From contig JAHLWZ010000877.1 in assembly GCA_020536535.1 (NCBI GenBank), forward strand, positions 1-63,105: 63,105 nucleotides of DNA, in the 5' to 3' direction. The DNA is from Pelomyxa schiedti (taxonomy: Eukaryota; Protista; Evosea). A program made the position numbers and the translations under genes. Positions 1 through 13,006 of this stretch are shown piece after piece. How positions within the stretch are numbered: the stretch's first letter is position 1; each line of letters starts with the position of its first letter. The notes below the pieces were generated by a model that was given only the letters and a program-made list of their open reading frames with translations, did no database searches and was not told where the DNA came from.

Positions 1-126
1 GCGGCCTCGGGGCGGAGCTGGGGATGATGGACGTGGGGACGGGCGCGATCCTCAGGGACATGGAGGACAACCCGGCCATCAGCACCAGCTCGAGGTGGCG
101 GCGGCGGCTCGTATCAGCAACAGCAA

Positions 127-2294
<2,168 letters not shown>

Positions 2295-2434
2295 AACAAA
2301 AAAAAACTTGTTGTTTTCTTCCCGAAAGTTCTATTCTATTTGAGTTCTTTCCGTCGACAGCGTTTGCCTGCTAAAACGGTTTTTCTTTTTTTATCACCGA
2401 ACCTTGTGAATAAAACAAAAAAGAGACCTGGCGG

Positions 2435-5400
2435 ATGACGAAGAAGAAGGTCAACAAGGGACCACAACCGCAGCAGGGCGCTAGTGTCACTGGTGTTACG
2501 CAACAACTGCAGCAGATCCATGTGAGCCAGGCTCCCCCAAGCCAGATCACGACGTCTACTGCACCTACGCAACAAAAAGTAGCTCAATCTCATTCGGCGG
2601 CGGCCGTCCCACAAGCGCAGGCAACTGCCCCAACCGCGGCAGCACAACCAGGAAAAGCAAAAGGGAAGAAAGGCGCGGGGCCGACGACCGCGCCCGCGAC
2701 CGCGACCGCAACATCAGGCCTTGCGGCGTCGACGCCAATCACGAGTGGCTCACCCAAATCTGGTGCCGCGGCGCCGCCGCCTCCCCAAGCGACGACAGCG
2801 CTTAGCCCTGGGGGCGCGAAGAAGGCAAAGGGGAAGGCACGCGGACCGACCACCACAACGAGCACGTGTACGCTGGCCCATGCAAGTGACACTACTTCGA
2901 CCACGGCGGTGGCCTTGCCTTCTCAGGGTGGTGGTGATCTGACACAAAGGCGCAGGAGGCCAAGTAATGAATTTTGTTTGCTTGGGAGATTTCTTTTTTG
3001 TCTCATTAATTGTTTTCCAGGGCCTCAGGATGACTACTATCTCACGGGATTACCTCCGCCACCAGCCCAAACGAGGAAGGAAGGTCTTCCCATCGAGGTC
3101 ATAACGAACCATTTTGCATATCAAGCCCGTTCCACTGAGTTCTACCAATACCAGCTGAATTTCCAGCCAATTATTCCTTCGAGGTAATTCGTACAAGCTA
3201 TTCCTCGTGTTATTGATAGTTACTCTGCTCTGTACAGATCAATGAGGATTGCCGTAGTCCATGATCAGCTCTGGAGTAAACTAGGACCATTTATTTTTGA
3301 TGGTACCTTATTCTTCTCAACACGAAGGGTTCCAGAGGGGGACCACAAGATCGCCACAAAAAATCAATCAATTCACATTGCCAGTCTAGTTTTTACCACA
3401 ATAGTAAGTTATGCCTTCCTTTAGACATAAGTCCTAATAGGAATTGCAGGTCAGGCCAGGAACTCCCCAAGTCTTTCAATTGTTCAACATTCATTTGAGG
3501 AAGGTTGAACATCCCTTTTTGTCATCTATGACGTGATAAACCTGATTATTTTTTTTTTCACATAGCTACTTGTGAATGTTTTGCATCTTAAAGCAATAGG
3601 CCGAAACTGGTATGACGATGTACATCCGAGACATGTTGCTGGGATCAACAATGTAATTACTGATTTCCATGGTTTTATCTAATATGTCACAGATTGAGCT
3701 ATGGAATGGAGTTATTGCTACACTTTTTCCTGCTGCGGGAGCCCCCTTTTTCACTCTGAACGTTGACCTTTCCCACAAAGTGATTCGAACAGGTTGATAT
3801 ATATGCCAATTTCAATGCATCATTGTCAACCTTTCTATCATCATTAGATACTGTCGCCCAAGAGCTTATGCAAATATTCACGCAAGTAAGAGGTGATGTC
3901 GAACAGTATAAAATACGGGCCAACGAAGAACTTCCAGGACAGACTGTTTTGACTAGGTTTGCGTTGCGCCATTTTTTGCCCTGAAAATTGTTGAACTTTG
4001 GCCTCAGGTACACAAAAATGAATTCTCGTCCATACCAAATCAGCCACTTGGACTGGGAAAAAAGTCCCACAACCTGCTTTGAAAATGACCAGGGCCAGCA
4101 AATGTCATTTGCAGAGTACTATAAGCAGCATTACAGCATCGCACTAAGAGCAACGACTCCACCACTAGTTGCTGTGAAACAAGGGGACAAATTCATATTC
4201 CTGATGCCTGAGCTGTGTTTCATGACTGGCCTGTGGGTTGACCCCCTTCTTTTCCTTTGACTCACACATCGTGAACCTAGATCTGAGGGCATGCGGAAAA
4301 ATTTTACTGTAATGAAAACGCTGGCGGATTATACAAGACTTAATGCCAGTATTTCTGTTACTATCCTTCTCACATTTAATCTTGAGTTAGGCACTCGAGC
4401 TCAAGAGATTATTCAAATTGTGGATGGGCAACTAAACAGTCCTACAGGGAAAGCCAAAATGGCTGAGTTCAGTGCCACGTTAAACCCGGAGTTCATGCGA
4501 ATTAATGCAAGGCGCATTAATCCAGAGAATATTATTTTTGGCCGTGGAATAAGTGCTGGCAGAGAGAGTACTGGCCCTGTTTGTCATATTTATTCTCACT
4601 CTAACAGATGCCAACTGGAGCAATGAATTATCTCGGTTCCCTCCTTTGAGTGTCGTGGCACCTGGAACAATTGCTGTGATATTCCCTGAGCGTTTACAAA
4701 ATGAAACCGTCACGTTGGTCAATGCCTTGTCTCAAATCGGGGCTCCAATGGGATTCCAGTTTCGGGCTGCCTCTATCTCTTTGCAGTATGATAGGCGGGA
4801 TGACTACATTCACGCTGTGCAGCAGGCTGCATCGGTACCAGACGTTAAATTCATCCTCTGTGTCATGTTTTCTGAAGCCAAAGACAAGTAATTTTCATGC
4901 ACTCTGAAGTGAGCTAATTGATTGTGTAGGTATGATGCCATCAAGCAACATTTAACCTCAGAAGCCACTGGGCGTCCCAGTCAAGTCGTCTTGGCGAAGT
5001 AAGAATTATTGTAGGGTTCCCTTGCTTCTAAGCCAAATTTTCTCAGGTCACTTGATCCCCACAAATTAAACACCGTGTGCCAGAGAATTCTATTGCAAAT
5101 AAATTGCAAACTTGGGGGCGAACTGTGGACTGTTGATGTATGTACACCACTTCAAAGTTACGCTCAACTAACTCAAGGCCAGATTCCTTTGAAAGATACT
5201 ATGATCTGTGGCATAGATGTTTGCCATGCACGTGGACGGTCTGTCTTGGGTTTTGTTGGAACAACCAATGCCACCTTCTCGAAGTATCATGCAAATGTGA
5301 CTTTTCACGAACGAGGCCAAGAAGTATCTTCCGCTCTCAAAGTAGGTCACTGCAAATCCTTCTTTCTCGTACTGATATTAGCTGAAGCCTCTTATGATGG

Positions 5401-6114
5401 AAACACTCAAGGCGTACTTTGCAATAAATAAGGCTCTCCCAAAACGTCTCTTTGTGTATCGCGATGGCGTAGGAGATGGTATGCTGAAAGAAGTTCTGGA
5501 GAAGGAAGTTGGGGAATTCGAGACCGCTTTTCAGTCTTTCCCCGGTGTAAGTAGTATCACGAACTCCAATAGTTTAATATCCTCCGTAGTACAAACCAAA
5601 GTTGTCTGTCATTGTAGTCAAGAAGCGCATACACACAAGGCTATTCCTTACCAGTTTGCTTACACATTTGCATCTTTTCCGAACCTAATGGGAAAAAAAG
5701 ATATGGGAAACCCAGGTCCTGGAACCATTGTAGATAATGGTTGCACACACAAAGGGTGGTATGACTTCTACGTTGTCAGCAATGCTGTAACCCAAGGTAA
5801 GTTAACCTGTATCCATTTCACTCTGAACTTTTTCAACAGGAACTGTGACTCCCACACACTACCACGTCATTCGCGATGACAACCTTCTATCTGAATCCCA
5901 GATGCACAGTCTGTCCTTCAAGCTGACCCACATGTATTATAACTGGCCTGGTAACCCCCAAATACACAACGCCAATCAAGCCACTCATATAGAAACAGGG
6001 ACAATTCGAGTACCAGCCCCCTGTCAATATGCACACAAGCTCGCATTCCTTGTTGGACAGAGCACACAGAGGGCCCCGGTGCAACACCTTTGTGACAAGC
6101 TCTTCTTCCTCTAA
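2435..6114 (+). CDS. PIWI-clade Argonaute (PAZ-MID-PIWI), multi-intron
   Basis: PAZ motifs [10 protein letters not shown] and [10 protein letters not shown]; MID motif [11 protein letters not shown]; PIWI motifs [66 protein letters not shown]; PIWI-type terminal LFFL. Confidence 0.96.
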
Positions 6115-6218
6115 AAACCCCAATATTGTTTACTCTACAATTTGAATTGTGACTGTATGAGTACAAGAAAAGACAAAAGAGTTTATTTTTTTGTTTTCTG
6201 CAAAAGATTTGTTCTATA

Positions 6219-7237
<1,019 letters not shown>

Positions 7238-7742
7238 AATGTTTCTTCGTATGTGCTTTTGGTGCCTCCGCTGATACGCGAGAATTGTTGGTACAACAAA
7301 AAACCGAGATCTGTCGTATGTATGAAACAGTGTGCCACAGATCAAACACTCACACGTCACTCCCTCCCCTGAACGCGGCCCTGCTAGACCTTCACTTTTG
7401 TTTTTTTTATTTTAAATGGCTTGAAGTGCACCGAGATTGTTTTGTTTAATTGTGAAATTGTTTTTCCTCCATGGAGCGAAGTCCACCGCGTTCTAGAACA
7501 CCTCGACCAAATGCACACATGACACCCAAAGGGGTTTTCGTCGATGAATAGCAGTATGCATGGGACAGAAGCCCTCAGGGCAGGCCCAGTGGACCCATAA
7601 TCGAGTGAGATTGGCTCCAAGTTCGTAAAGGCCAGTCCAGCTGGTGTGTGGTTTTTTGGTCACTTGTGAGAATCCAGCCGATCTTGCCCCGCTGAAATAC
7701 TCAAAGGCAACGATCGGGAACACAGAAAAGACAAGATTTGAG

Positions 7743-10647
7743 ATGAGTAGGAACGCAACACCAGGAGGTTATGGGTTTGGTAGTGGGGACACCAAGTGGC
7801 CAGTGGCCCCGTGGAAATTCTTCGAGGCGGCGAGGGACGGCAGGGTCGACGTGCTGTCCTCGATGTTACGAGGGGGCACTCATGTCGACTCCATAACCGA
7901 GGGAGAGCCCACCAAGATGGTGTGCCAACGCGTAATTATGGGCGTGGGTGGGTTTTGCAATGTGCTATAATGCATTTCACCTGTATACCCAAAACTAAAG
8001 TTTTGTAGACAGCTTTGCACTGGGCATCAAGGTTTGGACAAGTTAGTTCCGTGAAAGTGCTGTTGTCTGCGGGAGCTTCTGTGAACTTAGCTGTACACAT
8101 CCCCTTCCCCAGTCCCTCACTTTTTTTAATTAACATTTGTACAGACAGTTGTGTAGGACCTCCTTGAATATATTCAAAATTCTAACTGCCTGCCTCTCAA
8201 ATAATTTTCTCTAATTCCTTGAAGTCGGTATGGATATTGATTACACTCTATCTGGGTTTCACTCACACTTCTCCTTTTTGGATCATTTTCTGTGCTTACC
8301 CTGTAGCTTGTATGAACCCAAAACACTCTCACCGGTTTCACTTCGCACCCACAATCTTTCCCTCCTTACTCCCAACTTATTGCATTATACACTTATTCAC
8401 GGTGACAGTCAGTATGTAATCCATATGTTGAAATTTCCCACTTGGAACTCATTACTTCTTTTTTTTCCTTCATGTGCATCTGGAATTCCTTAGTCTGTGA
8501 GTTCCTCTCAAACACTAAATGTAACTGACACCCCTTTCACCTAAAACATAGTACGTATGCATCCTAAATTTGACTTGGAAAATCACACTTACCCTTTCTA
8601 TGGGAAATGTGCTCAATGTACTTTCTTTTGTCTACCATGCTTTGACTGGCACAGTCAGTGTGTACTCCCACGTTTTTCTCACAATTTCTTACCACTTTTC
8701 ACACTTATCATTTGTAATTGTGCACCCTAGAGTGTGGTATGAACTCTAATCTCCTTGTCCCGAATGACTTTTCTGTTACAGCGGGTATTGACTAGTATTT
8801 CCTTCTAAAATATTACTGATTACTTTTGCTCCTCTCTTTACACTCGTAAAGAAGGTATAATTTCCAACATTAAACTTCATTTACTCTTACATTTCATCCC
8901 TTAAGGGAGATGTGTGTTTCCAATTTTTTGTTTTAAAAAATAGACATTACATAGACTGCTTTACATTTCGCATGTCGGGAAAATCATCCCGCAGTGGTAG
9001 AACTACTGCTACAGTATCGAGCGGACACAAACATCAAAGTTATCTTCCAATCGATGTTTAAAAGTAACCTTCAACAAGAACGATGATGGCAAGACTCCTG
9101 TTGACCTTGCTAAGATTGATGCTTTAAGACAACTATTCCGACAGGTTGCAAGCCGCACAGGAACTACATCTCACTGACCTTAACAATAAGATGAACATAT
9201 TACCCACCAGCTCTAACTCTTCTCAAATGCAACAACCCTCTGTCAGCGCCCTAAAAATTCTTTCTTTGTTGATGACTGAATTTGGCCCATACATTACTGC
9301 ATCAAAGGGGGCATTGCCTTCAAATGCTGCTGTAATACCACCGTGCGATGCAGAAGGTGAGCTTGCCTCTTTGGTTCAATCGATAAAATTTGGCATTGAC
9401 CAGGTAAAGGAAATTGAGATCATTGTTACAACGTAAATACCCCACACAGGAAAGGGAAAGGAAACTCCGTGAATTAGAGTGTACACTCACCAAGAAAATC
9501 ATGCAAGAGCAGGAGGTCTCAAGGCAAGCCACTGAAGAAAAAATCCGTGCAACAGAAGATCTATGGAAATCTCGAAAGGAATCCGAGGAACTTGAACAAA
9601 AGGTGCATAAACTTGAGCACACAAACCATCAACTTGAAAAAGAACTCCAAAAACTTCACCAAGAATACGAAGCAGAGGTGAAGGTTCATGAGCCACAAAT
9701 TGTTCTCAATACCGTGAAGAATCCCAAAGAGGTTCAGAGCATGACTACAATTGGAACTGGACTAGCTTCTTCTGAGCTCGCTTCAATGCACAAAATTGGC
9801 ACAGAATTTACATCACAAATAGAAACAACCGCAGAGGAAGTGGTAAAATTTGAAGAATTCCTGCACCGCATGACACAGGGCCTCAAGGGAGCCAGGGAAA
9901 GAGCCCGAACAATTGAGGCACATCTTCAGAATCTAACACAACTGAAAGAGACCCTGTGCATTGAGCGTGACAACCTCGAGAAACAATGTGGCCAGCACCT
10001 CGGAAAATTCCTCACAACACAGAGCTCCATGCAGGAGATCCGTCAAACACTAAGCGAAATGGCAATCTTGCTTGGAAAGGTGGCAAGCACTATCCCCCAT
10101 GATGTTGGCGGAGGTGAAACCACAACTGCAACGGCCCCTTCCAAAGGTAAACTAAAACCTTTCTTCCCCATTAGTGCCTGAAACACTAACACTCCAAACA
10201 AAACAAAACAAAACAAACTAAACAAAAAAAAAAGATGGTTCCAACTTGCTTGGTGCGGAACTCCCGCGGATAGAAAATTTCGACTGTCCCCCGGCACCCC
10301 AGGTGTCATTGACTGCACTTGGAAACATTCTCCTCCAGCTCAAGAAATACAGCCTCGCGGAATGCACAAACTTGATTCAGCAAGGTGTTGCCATTTCCCG
10401 GGACCTCGTGGAACAGTTCGGACAACTGGAGGCCCTACAAAAACGGGTGGAAGGCCTGCGCTCTGAGTGCAAAGAAATCAACCGGATGTATGAGGACAAC
10501 TACATGCTGTCACGAGCACTAGAGGGTGACACCAACTTCCTCTCGTGCCCCAATATTCACCAGCAGGCATTCGAGATGCTCACAACCGCACTCCAAAATA
10601 CAGGCGGTCTTATGCGCAGTGTTTCCGGCAGAACATCGGGTCACTAA
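7743..10647 (+). CDS. Ankyrin-repeat (about 3-4 repeats) plus long coiled-coil protein containing a micro-exon array
   Basis: Exon peptides FFEAARDGRVDVLSSMLRGG, TALHWASRFGQVSSVKVLLSAGASVNLA (8009-8092), TALHFACRENHPAVVELLLQYRADTNIK (from 8955), NDDGKTPVDLA; then E/K/Q-rich heptad region (about 9450-10100) and a last exon ending at 10647; joined via GT-AG introns. Confidence 0.85.
8145..8911 (+). other. Array of 11 phase-0 micro-exons: 8145-8150 ACAGTT (TV), 8225-8227 TCG (S), 8307-8309 CTT (L), 8409-8411 TCA (S), 8494-8496 TCT (S), 8552-8554 TAC (Y), 8655-8657 TCA (S), 8731-8736 AGTGTG (SV), 8782-8784 CGG (R), 8852-8854 AAG (K), 8906-8911 GGAGAT (GD)
   Basis: Each unit is AG + 3 or 6 nt + GT, preceded by a pyrimidine-rich tract; intervening introns are 43-100 nt and nearly free of other AG; the last unit supplies the ankyrin-consensus G-x before TALH. 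Confidence 0.85.
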
Positions 10648-10781
10648 GTGGCAAACGAGGCACAAGAATTTGGCAGTAGTTTCGAACGAGATACTGCAAT
10701 GTTTTTTTTTTCCCTTTCTACTTCGTAGTACAAATATAAATAACAGCCAACAGCCTGAGCCTCAGGGGATTCTGCAGCGGA

Positions 10782-11134
10782 CTAATCAAAGTAAGCAGAC
10801 CGCCGAGGATAGAATTGCTGACAAAAGAAGGAAATAAGAAGATAAAGAAAGTATAAGGTATGCGCTGCCGTGGCAGAATACTACATACAGGGTTACAGTC
10901 ATGCGGGTAAAGTGAGGGAAAGCGTGGACCACCAAGCATATCAACCACCACAATGGTGTCGTGGTCATCCTCCACTGTTGCATCGTCGGTGTTGGTTTCG
11001 TCTTCGGCTTCCTCTTCGTCTTCACTGTAGCCGTCCTCGTGGGGGTTGACGTTGGATGGGCCAACAACACTGGATTCACTTTGGATGACGCCATGCAAAG
11101 AAGGGGGGTGTGCGGTTTCGGCACCGTGTTCCAT
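10782..11134 (-). CDS. Small acidic hypothetical protein, paralogue A
   Basis: Acidic ORF, then PRFPSLYPHDCNP | intron 10888-10818 (GTATGT..CAG) | QFYPRRSAYFD*; motif and intron position shared with paralogue B. Confidence 0.5.
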
Positions 11135-12299
11135 TCAGCTGAATGCTTGTTGGTTGGTTTTGGCGTTTTGTCTCGTGGTGCATTGTCGCCGATATTTATG
11201 GTTTTGGTGTTGCTGCACGAGACAAAATCTGCTGCAACGTAGTTTTTTTCTTGCTTTGTTTTTTTGCTGCATGCGACAAAATCCGGATTTGCAAATCTGT
11301 TTGATGCAACTTTCCTCTCAGTTGCAGTCTATTGGCATTGACTGGCTGTGCTGTTGACTGTCTTGGGGAAAGTGTCCTCGGGAGCGTTTCGGGGACATTC
11401 CCCGAAGGGACAGAGTCTAATCAACGGCGGGAGAGGGGAGATCTACAAACAATCTCAGATCGAGCGTTACAGATGGTTGATTGTTCGTTGCAGTTTCCCC
11501 TAACCATCAAAAAGTGATCTTTGTCTTCGTAATTACGCGTCGCCTCCCGCACGGCACCGAGACGTCAGCAGGCCACAGATTAGAATGCACAATGGTGTAT
11601 AAATATTACCATGATGCTTAACGACAATAACCGACACCAGACAGCCATGTAAAGAAATGCACTTACTTGTCTCTGGGTTATGGTGTGACCATAGCCCACC
11701 CCCAACCACCACCAATGGCCCTGACACCAACATGGTACCAAACCGACCCAGCAGATTGAGACTGAAAAGTTTGAGATAGTGATGATCAAAGACAGAGGAG
11801 AGTCATTTCAGTGATGCCCTGTTCATATGACCCTCATGGTGATAAAATTGCTATGTGTGGTCACCTGCTAGTCACTTGGGCAGCAAAACTCATCGAAGTT
11901 TTTCTTACTGTTGACCCAAAAACTGATGTTTCTCATCAGCTATTCTTGAGGGGTTGAAAACTTGTCTCAGTAATATCCTGGCACCCTGATCACCAGGCAA
12001 GTATGCAGCATTTGCGACGAACTCCCGATGCTCGGGAATGGTTGCCAGCGTGTCCGGCTTTCTGAGCTTCCTCAAGGACATGAGGGACAGGGGACACTGG
12101 AAAAACTTGTTGGAGTATGAACAAAATAACTGAGTTTCTATGTACAGTGTGGTGGTTGTGGATATTTTGTGAGTGGTCATGAGAAAACCAACTTTTTGTC
12201 CAACAAAATACTGGAAGCCAGGAAAGTCATTAATTTAAAGGGTAGCAATATATGAAAAAAAATTTTTTGTAGAAAAATACAACAATGTTATACTATCCC

Positions 12300-12700
12300 T
12301 CACGGCTAGAATCAATCAACAACTGTCCGTCTGTTGTACAGAAATTTCATAGGCAGAACGGTGAGGGTCGAATTTCTGTGAAGATTGGTAACCAAGAAAG
12401 GGCTGGAACACATACGGGATCATAATCATACGGGTATAGTGATGGTACACGCGGGACAGTAGACACTGCAATGACTGGCCCTTCGTCCACGTTAATGGCA
12501 TCGGCTCCATAGTCGTTCTGATTGGGGTTGATTAGAGTAGCACTATCGACTCCGACCTCGTCATCCCCATCGTATTCTTGACTGTCACCGCTCATCGCAT
12601 CATCCCCGTAATACTGGTCATGTATCCCACCGAAATCGACGTCGAAGGCCGCCAAAGTCGTGGGTAAACCAGAGCTGCAATCAGGCGTTGTGTTGTCCAT
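12300..12700 (-). CDS. Small acidic hypothetical protein, paralogue B (3' end uncertain; may extend toward about 11550)
   Basis: Acidic ORF, then PRVPSLYPYDYDP | intron 12415-12376 (GTATGT..CAG) | KFDPHRSAYEIS. Confidence 0.5.
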
Positions 12701-13006
12701 TCCGTAGCTGGTGGTTGGTTTTTTTTTTTTTTTTTTTTATGGCCATTGGCGGCTGTTATCTTGCTACTATGCAGCATGCAGCAAAATTTGTTTTCCGTTT
12801 TATTTTGCTGCAGGGATCAGATCCTTCAAAAAGTGCAGCAAATTGTGCTGCCGCAGTCTCGGTTCGTAGCTTCTTGGAGTGAGGACACACGAGTGGGGTT
12901 AGCGAGTCAAGAAAGAGTTTTTCCCACAGTGGATTCCTGGTGAAGTGCAACTAAATTGTGTTTTACCTGAATCATCAAATTTGATTCCCTTTTGCTGTGG
13001 GGCACA

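Noticed and set aside
1-126. Apparent frame change near position 93 between a GC3-rich frame (GLGAELGMMDVGTG..) and the kinase frame (GGGGSYQQQQM)
   Set aside because: It lies at the window edge and cannot be told apart from an indel error, chimera or 5' UTR; there is no slippery site to support programmed frameshifting.
8219-8493. Short ORFs 8219-8419 and 8230-8493 in the ORF track
   Set aside because: They read through pyrimidine-rich intron sequence of the micro-exon array and show no protein-like features.
8145-8911. CRISPR-like or tandem-repeat interpretation of the periodic units
   Set aside because: There is no conserved direct repeat of 20+ nt; only splice signals recur, and the context is a eukaryotic gene.
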